From contig OX597814.1 in NCBI GenBank assembly GCA_951406725.2, forward strand, positions 209,746,001-209,810,000: a stretch of DNA of 64,000 nucleotides, in the 5' to 3' direction. The translations under genes and the position numbers were made by a program. The stretch is from Octopus vulgaris (lineage: Eukaryota). How positions within the stretch are numbered: position 1 is the first letter of the stretch; every line of letters begins with the position of its first letter. This document shows positions 44,360 to 58,904 of the stretch, one piece after another. The notes below the pieces were generated by a model. It made no database searches, was not told the DNA's origin, and saw only the letters and a list, made by a program, of their open reading frames with translations.

Positions 44360-44520
44360 TGTTGCAATTCATTTCTACAGCTGAGTTAACTGAAGCAACG
44401 TGAAATACAGCGAAATAAAGTGTCTTGCTGAAGAACACAACGCGCAGCCCGGTCGGGGAATCAAGCTCACAACCTCATGATCGTAAGCTCGATGCTTTGA
44501 TCACAGAGCCATGCGCCTTC
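44360..44520 (-). mobile_element. Diverged tRNA-derived SINE
   Basis: Minus-strand head gaaggcgcatggctctgtgatcaaagcatcgagcttacgatcatgaggttgtgagcttgattccccgaccggg...gttcttcagcaagacactttatttc; related to 62014-62220 and 43270-43370. Confidence 0.65.
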
Positions 44521-44549
44521 ACACACACACACACACACACACATACATT

Positions 44550-44630
<81 letters not shown>

Positions 44631-46052
44631 ATATATACACACATATATTATTCTATATTGGCTTCCGTCACTTGACTGCCGCTTTCTATATTTATGTCAT
44701 TATTATTTCATATATATACATATAAGCAATAGATAAAAGCGTCTCTGCCTTTGCATATGACTGATTATGTACAAATGAGGTTACTGCTATATTCTGATGG
44801 TACTATTGTAGAAAAGTTAATTATGTATAATTTTCCTTGTCTCTGGACTTCGTTCTGAACAATACTAAAACTACTAATGAGATCTGTGACAGTTTCATTT
44901 TTTACCAAAGTCTGTTTTAACTTTGATGTATATAGAATATCTCTTTTCGGTTTGATTGTTCTGTTGATATTTAGTTTAATGTTGATATGTTTCAATTAGA
45001 TATGCGTTGACATTTGCTTTACTTGTTTGTTTTTTTTCCCTCTACGAACGGAATAAATTCGAAAGAAAGAAATACATCATTCAAAAAATAAGAAACTGAC
45101 TTAAATCATGCCAAAGTATTTCCTAAGTAATGCAGGAATAAAAAAAAAGTAGTTGTATATGCGAATGAATTTGCTTTTGTTTGATGTACCTATATCTGTG
45201 CAGATCATTATACATATATCAGAAACAATGGATTGGTTAGAGTTGAATGTGCTGAGTCATCTGATCTAATTTCCGGCTATATTGCTAAATATATACTGCG
45301 GTTTCATGTTCGTACACTCTTTGTTAACAAACATACAGTAACACCGGTATATGTTAAAATATATATAAACTTACACATACAACCATACGGAGATAGCAAC
45401 ACCAATAATAAAATTAAAAAGTGCCAAAACTTTTCACTATACGTAGTAGTTACTTTTTAAAAACGTCAATCAATGTTGATGTATGCTGCAGTAGAGCATA
45501 TATCTGTAAATTCTTAACTAACGTTGTATGAAGAGACAGATTAAAAAAAAAATCATGTCTTTATTATGTACAATATTTTAGTGAGCATATACAAAAGATG
45601 AGAACAAGATACTGAATGTTGGTGAAATATGTATTTTAAGTACATATTCTATCTTTAATTATTTGTTACTTTTTTCAGTCATTGAACTGCAGCCAAGTTC
45701 GGGTGTCCCCTTGAAAGGGTCAGTCGAACAAATCTGCTGTAGTATTTCTTTAACGTCTGGCATTTGTTATATCAGTTTCATAAAACTAACTGTATTATTC
45801 TTACGTCGAAATAAACTTTTAATGAAAAATTGTAGCAACATGGGGTAACCCATTGTTTTGATTTCTTTCTCATGTATTTGTGTGTGTGTGTGTGTGTGTG
45901 CGCGAGAGCGTGTGTATTTGTATATATGTGTTCATACTTGAGTGTTAGAGAATAATTAATTTGTACTCCACAAAATGTCGTTATAGTCCTTCAGTTTTTA
46001 TTGTAACTTACTATAAGATCTAATATACATATGTTAGTGTTTATATATATAT

Positions 46053-46109
<57 letters not shown>

Positions 46110-46157
46110 TATATATACATATGTATATACATACATATATATATGCATGTATATATA

Positions 46158-46202
<45 letters not shown>

Positions 46203-46265
46203 CACGCATACATATACATACACACACATATATATATACATACCTATATAGAAAATGAGGAGTTT

Positions 46266-46329
46266 ATTTTATGAGGAGTGATCTAAAGGAATAGGTACAC
46301 TTGGGACAACACAGAAACAGTTGTAAGAC
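46266..46329 (+). ncRNA. Degenerate hammerhead relic
   Basis: 3' half aGAAACagttGTAagac is the same type as 5009-5024; 5' core decayed to tttatgagg. Confidence 0.35.
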
Positions 46330-46478
46330 ATCCATTAATTAATTAACTAATTAATCTTATTACTTCAAATTCCCCTAACTCTAAATATTTAAAATCACTT
46401 GAGATACTCGTCCTGCCTTGTGTTTGTTGTATTTTCTCCTCTAATACATACATACATACATACATACATATGTACATA

Positions 46479-46537
<59 letters not shown>

Positions 46538-46636
46538 GAAGGTTTGGAGATGATGTACAGGTATTATATATTAGAAAAATGTAATATATGTATGTCTGTA
46601 TGTATGTAGGTATATATATATGTATATATTGCGAGC

Positions 46637-46676
<40 letters not shown>

Positions 46677-47379
46677 CATATGTACATATATATATATATA
46701 TATGTGTATGTATGTAGGTAGGTAGGTATATATATGTATATATTGCGAGCTTCTTAACTACGCAATCATGTCAACTTCTATCTTCCTAAATTTACACTAA
46801 CATTGAAAAAAAATCAGTCAACATGAATGTGACGAATGTCTATCGGTTCCGAATAGACCTGGAGCCCAAACAATAACGACAGGAGCAACAAGGAAAACAA
46901 AAAAAAAAACCAACATAACTGTAAGTACAATTTCTAAAGTGTTTTAAACTTCACGGCAACGTGAATAATTTCTCTAATCTTACTAAAAGAAAAACATTGG
47001 TAAAGGTTACAGGAAAGAAAGCAATGTGAAACGAAGATGATAGGACAATGTTTAAAATAAGTTTCGGCAAAAAGCTAATGATTTTTTTACTGGTTTCAGC
47101 CATTGGATTGCGGTGATAAGAAATTAAAATCTTGAAGACCTTTATTGCATTGTCACACAAACACACACCTAACTGCCAGCTTACCTACCTACCAACATTC
47201 ATTCGTTCGTTCGATCCTTCCTTCCATCCTTCCTTCCTTCCTTCCTTCCTTCCTTCCTTCTTTCCTTCCTTCCTTCTTTCCTTCATTCCTTCCTTCCGTG
47301 TTTCCTTCCTACATACATACATACATACATACATACACGCATGTATATATGTATATGAGTATACATGTATATATTGGTG

Positions 47380-47427
<48 letters not shown>

Positions 47428-48603
47428 TGTGTGTCTGTGTGTGTGTGTATGTGTTTGTGTATGATAGGCTTCCGTAATTTTCGTCTGTGAATTGGTGCTC
47501 ACTTGGACATTGCGAGGGTTTGGTTAAAATAATTCCTTCGAGATGGTGCGCTGTAGATATAATCTATATCCACAGGTTTGTGTTGGAAGCGTTACTACCA
47601 TTCACCTTCTCGATTTATTGCTAAGACAACACTCAATAAGTTACATGAAAAATATATTCACTTTTGAGGAACTTGTTGAAGAGCAACAACAAACATGAAG
47701 TAAAACCAAGCGCGACCGAATTCCCGATGGCCTAGTGCTTGATTCACTTGTGACACAATCTCATGAGTTGTTACAGTTGCGCATTGCAGAACTATTGACA
47801 ATCTTGCGGTTCTCGGTTAAATATTTCTACACTGTTCCTTGGGCAGGTGTCTTGTCATATAGCCTCAGTTTGATAGCTGATATCTGTACCTATGCACACA
47901 TACAGAGCTTAAATGAAAATCGAATCAACGTAGAAGTTTCTCACGTTCTTGTTTCTACTATACTAAATAAGAACATACAACGTGATGTTATGTTCAGATA
48001 TGCTCGGTAACGACGACTTAACAGTGTTTGGTTGGATTCAAATACGGAGACTATATGGATACTAGAACTACTAAAAATTGCTACTAACATTCAATGGAAT
48101 CACATCATATCTTCTTAGATACCAAGATCGGAAGTTACTTTTATCAGAAATTACTTGGAGCTAAACAACAATAACAAGTCTGAGGTCAATTAAGTAAATT
48201 ATAACAAGATGCTAAGTCTGATTATATTGTCAGATATCATTGCTCGGAGTGAAGAGATATTAGAAGTTATATGATATCATACTTACAACGGTGTGAGTAC
48301 CGCAGGGCAACATGAAACATCTCGGTAAGTGAAGAGCATGCAACGTTATCAGCACTATGGATGAAAGCCAGCTCACAAAACGTCTAATTCCTCAAGGGAA
48401 GATATGGACAGAATAGATGGTCAGAATGTACAGTTAATCTATCCTATAGTGCTTTGTAGTTGCGGTTATTATTTGTTTTTAAACTTGCTGGTGTGTACGA
48501 ATATTTAACATTATAACCACACATATGCTTGTGTATACATGCCAGTAAATGCACGCACATTCATCAATATACTTAAAAAGAACTGTGCGTATATATGTAT
48601 ATG

Positions 48604-48651
<48 letters not shown>

Positions 48652-48704
48652 TATATATATATATATATGTATGTATGTATATGTATGATTATTATACAGA
48701 TTTG

Positions 48705-48897
48705 TTTATTAACCACGCAGGGCCAAGCACAGAGGGGACAATGGAATGTATATTGTATAAATGTTACGTAATATATATCGTATATAGATAGAGAAAGCTG
48801 GTACAGATCTCAAAATCATGAAAGGCAAAGTCGACCTCGGCTGAATTTGAACTCAGAACGTACGTACGGACGAAATATCGCTAAGCATTTTGTCCGC
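48705..48897 (-). mobile_element. SINE family B fragments
   Basis: atgaaaggcaaagtcgacctcggctgaatttgaactcagaacgta...gaaatatcgctaagcattttgtcc. Confidence 0.75.
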
Positions 48898-49928
48898 TTG
48901 CATCTGAAATCCTCTTTCAAAATAACTTTATAAACTTGGGTATCTACAATTTTGAGTGAGTATCAAATTAGTTTTTCTCTGATTTTACAGATATGCAAAC
49001 ACCGCTTTTATAGCAAGAACACTATGTACTGTGTGAGTATTTAATTTCTGAATTTCTTCTACCTTTTCGAACCTGCAAACATTTCTCTTACATACGCCGG
49101 AGAAATTGAAGCGCGTCCACAAATCAACACTTGCAACACTTTTCATAATTTATAACAAACACAGAAGATAAGCGGCTGGCATCTTTACAAACGACAACAT
49201 TACGAAAACTATAGCATAACAAAACTTCATTTAATATTGTAAAAGATTAACAGTGTATACATATAATTATATCGATAATTGAAATAGAACAAGCTAAATG
49301 TGTTCTGTTCAAAATCTGCCATCACTCTCATTAACCATAGGCAGGGTAGTCACATATTTTGACCTTTGCTGGTCAAATGGATGCTACCATTCATTGTTTG
49401 TTCCCTGTCAATATATTTATTTAAAAACTAATGATATCTAACTTTATGCCCGCCAAACTGTATCTCTTGCCCCACTATCCTCTCGACTCTCATGCACTTA
49501 TATCTACCTCCAACAGAATGGTGGCTAGTAACATTTAATAATACTACACAGTGGTAGGAGCAAAGCTAGCAAGCCAGTTCTCAGAATAAATACATCCGAA
49601 AAAGCTCATAGAAAAAAAAACACGTTTTATCAATTCAAAATGAACAATTAAATTACACCAACTAGAAAATGACATATAATAGAAATATTAAAATTAAAAT
49701 AACAATAAAATACCGATGATTAAGTAAATTGCAAATAAAATAATAATAAAAACGTATATGTTCTGCCAGTGAATGACTTTTCGATCTCAAAATGGCTCTC
49801 CTCTGAGGGACGAACTCGCAGATTTACCGTAGAATAAGCTGTTTCCTGTACTGTTTCAATTTTCGTTTTCTTTTTTTCACAAAACAATTCTCGTGTCAAA
49901 TTAATACAGTTATTATTATTATTGAACC

Positions 49929-49989
<61 letters not shown>

Positions 49990-50126
49990 CATACATACAT
50001 ACATACATACATACATACATACATACATACATACATACATGCATACATAAATATATATATACATACATATATATGTATGTATGTATATAAGAAATACAAT
50101 TGAATAGACAGGTTGAAGTTACTTAC

Positions 50127-50317
50127 CATCGATTCTTTAGAACCCAAAGGTACTTCGAGTTTAATAAATAAGATTTTGGCGACAACACCGAAGCATATTT
50201 TTTTAAGGATCATAGGCACCTCGTAGCCTCGCGTTCCTTTGTGGTGGATGTTCAGTGTTAGTACTGTCATTCCAGTCGCGAAGGACACAATTGCAATAGT
50301 GATGCCATAATACAAGC
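50127..50317 (-). CDS. nAChR-like Cys-loop receptor subunit, exon encoding M3 and MX helix
   Basis: Acceptor cttcttgtttcag|GC (phase 1, consistent with a split Gly codon of PLIG) and donor ATG|gtaagt (phase 0, matching the 31409 acceptor). Encodes (G)LYYGITIAIVSFATGMTVLTLNIHHKGTRGYEVPMILKKICFGVVAKILFIKLEVPLGSKESM. T-V-x-x-L-N-I-H-H and VP motifs are nAChR-typical, closest in style to alpha9/10-like subunits. Confidence 0.93.
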
Positions 50318-50507
50318 CTGAAACAAGAAGAGCGCAATATATAATTGTAATATATAATAGTTAAAAAGTGCAAAAGTATCGAGTTCTATATACGTTTGTT
50401 TGTACGTGTCATGTATATATGTATGTATACATGCATGCATGTATGTATATGTGTGTTTGTGTGTATGAAAGAGAGAGTAGGAAGAGAGAAATTAAGTTAA
50501 TAATATA

Positions 50508-50708
50508 TATTTCTTTAGTACCCACAAGGGGCTAAACACAGAGGGGACAAACAAAGACAGACAAACGGATTAAGTCGGTTACATCGACCCCCAGTGCGTA
50601 ACTGGTACTTAATTTATCGATCCCGAAAGGATGAAAGGCAAAGTCGACCTCGGCGGAATTTGAACTCAGAACGTAACGGCAGACGAAATACCGCTTAGCA
50701 TTTCGCCC
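50508..50708 (-). mobile_element. SINE family B, head-truncated
   Basis: Near-identical to 15385-15580. Confidence 0.88.
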
Positions 50709-53700
50709 ATTTGTTAGCTAGGAGTCGCTGTGTTAGCGTCTGGTAATATTTCCTCTCGTTTAGCTATTTCCTATGCTTTGTACATGATCAGTATTAATTG
50801 TACAAAACTTTTGGCCCATGAATACTAAGGCAATTGTGATCCCGTTTCGTTTCTCGTCAGAAATCCAAATCATCATTAGTTTAACCGCCAATGGAAAAAT
50901 ATCTTCAGCATAACTGTGATATAAACATATTAATAAAAATGAGATTATCTAAATTTTCTGCGAAACTCCCAAACTCATTCATTTGAGCTACGCTTCATTG
51001 CATAATCAAAGTTTTTTCTTAACGCACTCTAACACTCCTTGCACAGAATACCTCTCAGGTGTCCACCCATCCATGAAATCTATCCAGAGATACAGACATT
51101 TCTGCATATTGTTTTTATTTTAGATTGCATATTCGTATCTTTACTCACATCTAAATTGTTTGTGCTGCAATGTGTCAGGTTTTATTTCAAGAACTCTCTT
51201 TCTTATAAATGACTTAAAATGCAAAATAATCGAAAAATAAGATAAGAGAAAGTAACTTTAAATGTGTATGTTTGAATAATAATATAATATACTTATATTT
51301 GGTCATCTGTGTACATTTGAGGAAAACAGGTATCTTTCTATCTCCCTCCTTCTCTTTCTATGTGCATAAAGACATAGAGTAGAATCTACACAATGTTGAA
51401 TGAAAGAGAAAGCTAGACAATGATAAATTTTACAAATTCTCCACAGATTTAGCTAATTCTGAAATATATCAATACAAACAAGTTGAAATGGTTTTCACAC
51501 AAAGTGAGTGAAATATATTTCTTCTAGTTGTAGTAAGATTATGTTTGTAGCTGTACCAATACGATTTTCATCCAAGCAATTCACTAAACTATAAGAAAAT
51601 CTTAGAACGTGATTTTATCGAGTCATCTAATGGAAATAAATTGTTGTGTGGATATGAAAGCAATACGAAGAAAAGATATGCCAGAAACAAAAGGCTACCT
51701 ATGTAACATTTCTTTATTCCTTATACAGATTAACCTTCAATTTTCGCTTAGTATAACTTTCGAGGTGACGAGATGAATAGTTTATTCGGGTCAGATTTTA
51801 ACACAGAATATAAGGGGTTTGCTAAATACAATATTTATTTCTAACTTACGCAGAAAATCACTCATAGTGTGGATGAAAGCAGTTTGATTGTATCAATTTT
51901 CAGTACTTGGCCACTACCTCTTTTTTTATCGATTTCGTCGACATCAACAGAGATGGGTTTCAGTTGAGCAGTAAAGGGACCAAATGTGATACTATCAGGG
52001 TTCTCATTCGACGCTCTAACGGGTCTATCGAATAACTATGTTTTAGTAATTAATTACTTTCATTTAATAAAATACCAGACATGAAAGAAAAATAGCATAC
52101 TGCATTCATTAGTGATATCTGCCTTGTAATAAATCGGGCGAAAAGCAAAACTTTGCCTATGTTATATCAAAACCTTTCTATCATTTCTCTAACTAGAATC
52201 TCTTAGAATCGCTTCTCGATTTGACACCCAGTTACTGGGTTAGAAATTGATTTCTTTATTGCTAGTTAATTGGGTATGAATCCTATAATCTCACATTTTA
52301 TCAGTTTCGTTTGGTTTCGAGAACCCGTGTCATTTAATTGACTTCTTAGAAAAGGGATACGAGATTCGAAGAGAGAGTAAGCACTAAACTAATATTGAAT
52401 ACTGCAATTCCACCATGCACATCATCCATTTCTGCCGAATTGCTACCATTATATCGAAACGTGTAGGAAAATTAAGAATGAATATTACCATACCTTATTT
52501 CTGTCCGCTTTTAAAGTTTTCATGTTTTGTCAAAAAGTAGAAGTACTTTCTAAATATTACGGAAATTATAATGAAAAATAATGCATTCCATTACTTGATC
52601 AAGTTTAGGTGTATTTATTGTCTTTCAGCTAATTAGCGAACATATTGTTCATGATCACTCTAGCTGCGGTAACATTTCTATAAGAATACGATTTGTAGTA
52701 TAAGCTGCAATACTGCACACATGTTTTCTCACCTGCTACATGTTGACATCTGGCCTCGAAATTTAGGTAACCACAAAGGAGAAACTTTAGGACGTAATTT
52801 TTGTTATTCAAATTAAGAGTTGTTGTGATATGATTGTCTTGAATATTGAGTCTCGTTCATTATTCTAGTGGAAACCGTCTCTTTGTCCAGTCTTATTATT
52901 TAATGAGTATTTGGCTACTGGTATTGATATTAACGATTACACCTATACGTGCGTGCCTTGTTCATATGACCAGTGGTCAACTATAAATGTTCACTCATTC
53001 TTTCTAAAAATTACAGCACGGCGTTCCCATTCATTCAACCGACACTAACAGACAACAATCCAATAGCTTTTAAAGGCTTAGGTCAATGAACCTAGCTGAA
53101 AGATACTATTAATTATTACCTTTAGTGAAAGATATTTATTATTACCTTTACTGAAAGATATTAGTTATTATTACGTTTAATATCGTAACAGTTACTATTA
53201 GTGACTATAAAACTGTTAGTGTTGTGTACCTAAATGTTATTCTAGCTTTTGCTTCGCTCCACCCCCACTAGTGCAAAAATATTATTTCCCATCAAGCATT
53301 TTATAAAATGCCTTTTGGTCAGTAGCTCAAAATCAGTGGATGGCTAACAGTGCGATGCACAACCAATATGTTTCATTGGTTCTTATCCAAACGTAACGCG
53401 TATAAATACAAGTAAGCAGGTTTAGGGAATGATCTATTTCAGTGCGGTTAAGAAGGAAATGACTAGTAGTTCGTTGGTTTGCAACTGATATTAAATACCA
53501 ATTCACACTGGTGGATGAGCTATAACGGGTTAACATGTATTCTATGCAGACATGTGTGACTTTTAATCTGACATCCACTCAATAGGCCAAAGAAACAAGT
53601 TGACTGAGAAAGGAATTCTAATAAGGAAGCTTAGGGCGCAAACGGGATTCTTACGTTTTAACACTATAGAGGAAAATTTATATTGCATGTGAGAGGAGGT

Positions 53701-53714
53701 GACAATTTAATAGT

Positions 53715-54102
53715 GGATGGAAGCACTCCGTCGGTTACGACGATGAGGGTTCCGGTTGATCCGAATCAACGGAACAGCCTGCTCGTGAAATTAACGTGTA
53801 ATTGGCTGAGCACTCCACAGACACGTGTACCCTTAACGTAGTTCTCGGGGGATATTCAGCGTGACACAGAGAGTGACAAGGCCGGCCCTTTTGAAATACA
53901 GGTACAACAGAAACAGGAAGTAAGAGTGAGAGAAAGTTGTGGTGAAAGAGTACAGCAGGGATCACCACCATCCCCTGCCAGAGCCTCGTGGAGCTTTAGG
54001 TGTTTTCGCTCAATGAACACTCACAACGCCCGGTCTGGGAATCGAAACCGCGATCCTACGACCGCGAGTCCGCTGCCCTAACCACTGGGACATTGCGCCT
54101 CC
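53715..54102 (-). mobile_element. Full-length tRNA-derived SINE family C with 13-bp target site duplication
   Basis: Head ggaggcgcaatgtcccagtggttagggcagcggactcgcggtcgtaggatcgcggtttcgattcccagaccggg; flanked by acaatttaatagt at 53702-53714 and 54103-54115. Confidence 0.92.
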
Positions 54103-54816
54103 ACAATTTAATAGTAGTGTATATGGAAAAAAATACAGCATTTCAAAATGATAAAAATTTACTTACCGCGTGAGAATAGCATTGGGTTATCATTGATTAC
54201 CTGATAAAGCATGATAACGTTGCAGTCCACAAAGAATATTCAGACTAAAGTCGTTCAAGAGAACCAGAAGAGTCAACACAATAATACAAAACAAATCACC
54301 AATACTGATGTTTTGTGAAAATCTTCAGCTATAAAATACAAACATCTTATCACATTTTTCGTATATTTAATCTCATTAGAAGGATTTAATTTCTTTTTGT
54401 TATCGGAAAAATTTTTTCTATATAGAATGTTTGTTACTTATCGAATACTTGTAAAATTATCATTCTCACGAGAACCTTACCAGAGAAATAAGATTATTTT
54501 TCGCTGTATTTACGCATAACATACACACACACACACACACACGCACACACACACATGTAGAGACAGAGAGACAGAGACAGAAAGAAAGATGCACATAAAC
54601 CTGCAAACATGTTTATACACAGACACAAATGTATAAATACATATATACACATAAGGACTGAATAAAATTACATTTATAGAATACATTATCTACTATTTAT
54701 ACATATATTATACATTTCGGTATACTGTAGTTTCCATCTGTTTATGAGGCCGGTGATAACTGTCGGGTATACCCTGAAAGGGTTTTTATTTTAGTAGTTA
54801 TTATATTTGGAATACT

Positions 54817-54894
<78 letters not shown>

Positions 54895-55326
54895 GTAGTG
54901 CTAGCTGTAATAAGGTAAAAATGATATTAATAAAAATAAGAATAAAAATAATATTAATATATTGATATTCATTTCTGTCATGGGAATAAGATATCGAATT
55001 TAAATGGGGAAGAAACTTGTGTTATATTAATTCTATTACTCGCCGGGTTGTTTCATAATACCTGAAAAGTTGATATTTGAATGTTAAAAGACATAAAAAT
55101 ACATTGAAATTCTCTGTGAGGTTTTGGTGAATGGTAATAATGTCACAGCCAAATATATATCAAGTCTGGACAAGATCAAAAGTCAAAGTGAATAATTCAC
55201 ATTTATTTTGAATACTATCAATAAGAGATAATATAATTAAACACATATTTCAAGTAGTTTCCGAACTGATAAAAATTACTTGTAAACAATATTAATACAA
55301 TTTGTATAATGCCACTAAAAAAGTAC

Positions 55327-55341
55327 CTGTTCCATTAATAC
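55327..55341 (-). CDS. Candidate 15-nt symmetric (phase 1-1) microexon of the nAChR-like gene
   Basis: Minus strand: ~45-nt polypyrimidine tract ...tttttgctttttttcag|GTATTAATGGAACAG|gtactt; frame-preserving with the phase-1 M3 acceptor. Donor is weak and there is no transcript evidence. Confidence 0.35.
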
Positions 55342-55704
55342 CTGAAAAAAAGCAAAAAAGAAAAAGAATTGAGAAAAGAAAAAAAAAAGGTCATTCAATG
55401 ATGAATTCCCTGTAACGTTTTTCTTATCGATTTAGAATTCTGCCTGTCACTCTTTCAATTCGGTCGCACTGCAGCTGTCCAGGCTCTTCTGAAATATATT
55501 ATTTATTCCTTTTGGTCAGCTATAGTTGTAGAATGTGTGTCTGACGTCGATGAAACCCTCAGTAGTACTTTGTAACTACATACACTTTTATATATCTAAT
55601 ATGGACCTTCGATTCTATATTTGATAAGATATATCCACATGGATGCATGAATGTAATTAGCTGTGTATGTATGTTTGAATGCATGTATCTATGTATGTAC
55701 GTAC

Positions 55705-55764
<60 letters not shown>

Positions 55765-56199
55765 ATTACATACTTATGAAACACAATGCATAATACGTAT
55801 AGGCCTCTGTGTGTGTGTGTGTGTGTACACATTCATATATGCATCAACTCTGGACAGCAATTTATCACTCTTAATGAAGCATCATATTCGCTGGTTTTGC
55901 TTTTGTTGTTTATTATCACGTCATTCACGTCAACTCTGATTAGAGACATGTACAATCAAAAGCAGCCGACTCGTAATCATTGTGTCGTATAATTTTAAAG
56001 ACATAGCGTATTGAGGTCAGCATAATCAAGATAGCATTATGTGATTTGAGGACAAGTTTGCCACTATTTATAGAAAGCAAGCGACCATATAGTGATATGG
56101 TTTTCGTCTGACCGAGACGAATATCATAAATTAGGAAGTCAATTTAAGTTGACACTCTATTGAAACGACTCAATAATTCTAATCGGTCAAGCAGCAGAG

Positions 56200-57000
56200 A
56201 CAATCTAAGCAAAAGCTGCCCACGCTTAAAATTATGGAATTTTTACCAGTTTGGAGCGCCCGCTTTTCAACGTTAGGTGGAAGAGTGCGTTCCTCTGGTC
56301 AGACGATCCACCTGTTGCCATCCTTCGACTTGGTGCTTTTGATTTGTTTAGGATCCTGAAGCACAGACACACTCTATGCCTCCGCTTCCTATAAAGGTTC
56401 TGGAATGTTGGGATGGTGTGCTCGTCATTTCTGAGGTACAGTTTCCACAGTTTTGTCTCCCAGACAACTGCAGTCCTGGGTGAAGCAAAGACCAACATAA
56501 GTCACCTGGGACGTAGAGTTTCGTCAGATACTCGTCGCCATCTGTAAGGCGCGTAATGGCGTCGGTGGGAATTACACAGTAGCAATTTGAGAAAAGTTAC
56601 TGGCAAAGAAGTGCGCCGACGCTTTTGAGACTCTAATAGATAACTTCTGAGAAGTCTCTGACGTGGCAGTGCTACCGCGGTGTGCTATCCCTTCCAGATT
56701 TACAGGCACGAACGTACATTCAGACGTGTCTGCCTGAGATTCGCACAGATCGATGGAAACATTCTGCACGCACTCATTCAGTCGCAGGAATTGCTCACTT
56801 GCAGACTTATTTCGAACACTTGTTAACATGTATGGGATAAAAAGAACGAGCTCTTAGCGAGTTTTTCAACTTTCCTTTGAAAAGAAAGGAGAGCTTCGAG
56901 CGTGAGGAACTGTTCAGCGCTGAGATATTGAAAGTTGGGTGAGAATGGCAAAAATGCACAGAGTTGATGCAGCCACATTTCACTTACATTTGGAAGCCAG
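56200..57000 (-). mobile_element. Degenerate RTE (BovB-like) LINE, RT C-terminal part
   Basis: RVSKASAHF (RISKASAAF-like), WETKLWKLYLRN (YGSETWTLY-like) and a decayed R-x-R-W-x-G-H region; heavily frameshifted. Confidence 0.6.
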
Positions 57001-58082
57001 AGAATAACGGCGGGACAGGTCGCTTGCCCTTAATACTCAGAATGATATTGGATATATGGAGGTCCTGGATTGACCCTACAAGAAGGCCCTCCCATATCAG
57101 AAATGATTTATCGCATTCATATTTTTGTAATATTTAAATTCGTATTTCAGACATTTTCTCATTTATTTTGTTTGTAATTCCCTGCATTTAATGTACATCT
57201 TTGTGTTTGTGCCTGATCCGTTGCCCCGGTGGCAATTAAAAAAAATCTTCGTCCTCCTCTTCTTCTTCTTCTTCTTCTTGATTGATTGAGAGAGCAGCAC
57301 ACGCCATCAAAGTGACTCTAATGATAAGGGTACACCAAGTACATGCATCACAGCATATGCGCACGACATGGTGACTTCGTATCAAAATAAACTGCGCGTA
57401 ATCTTGCAGGTAGGGCCCAGTTGAACACTGGAATCGATTTAATCAACTTACCCTTCCACGGAAAGTACTGGTCTTGTACCAAACTTGAAACGATTGCTAC
57501 TACTACATCTAAATTATTATCATAGCGCTGTATTGGCAGGAGTGGCGAAACCTCCATAAGTAATACATTTTAGCATTCATTTACTGTTCGTTTATGCTCT
57601 GTTGTAATGGGCTTGTTAGAAATCACTTAAATTCTATATTACGTTTTATTTATTATGACTCGTTGGAGAGCTTAAATGAAATTTTGAATAAAAAAAAACA
57701 GATGTGACCAAATTTAACTGAGCATGTGTTTTATGCAGCAATTAACAATTGTAGTTTTAGATATGTGAATGAATTCAATGCAAATGCTACAAATAGCGCT
57801 GAAGTTAATGCCATGTTTATGTACAGATAAAGAACAAGACCCCAAGAAATAAAACGATGACTAGTTTCCGAAAGTGGATTCAATGATATTTGAAGGTCAT
57901 AATTAGTGGATGCAATTCCCAACACACACAAATACACTCACACACAAATACACAACCACACAAATACATACATACATAGACACACACATACATGTATACA
58001 TACATACATACATAGATACATATAAAAGTCAATCTAACTATCTCCCCATCTCATCTAACTTATCGGTCTTATATTATCGAGC

Positions 58083-58420
<338 letters not shown>

Positions 58421-58904
58421 GTTCATATACGACAGTACGACTGATTTCTTGGTTAGACTTTGTCGCTAGATCGTTACATAGTGTCAGTCGCTCTTGAGTG
58501 CTACTGGTAACATGTAATCCAGAACAACCTGTCGCATGGTCGGGTCGTCGGCGACTAAACTGCCAACCCCACTAGGCTTGCTTGGTGAGGATGGTGTAGT
58601 TGGACATCCTGCGGGATGAAAAATAGGACATGTCAAAGGGCCCATCAACCCCTGAATAGTCAACGGCCATCCAACAAAATGTTTGTAAATATGTATATAC
58701 AATTTGTATATGTATATTTTTACTCTCTCTATATATATTTATCCTTTTATGTCTTTTAATTGCACATCTTTTACTTTTTTTTATACAATATTATTTATAT
58801 GTAATTCTTATTCACACATCGCACCTTTGTTTATTTACATTTTTGATATTTGTATTTTTATATGTATATATCTATATTTTTACTTTTATATATATATATA
58901 CTTA

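Noticed and set aside
51045-51085. Weak reverse-complement resemblance to the 5S rRNA box C region
   Set aside because: Only ~20 nt with several mismatches; no remainder of 5S.
53095-53180. Three ~27-bp tandem copies (tgaaagata..ttattaccttta); similar short duplications at 7612-7690 and 46600-46754
   Set aside because: Ordinary slippage-type local duplications with no further structure.
54030-54102. Genuine tRNA genes at SINE heads
   Set aside because: tRNA-like A/B boxes are fused to SINE bodies with tails and a TSD; no complete cloverleaf evident.
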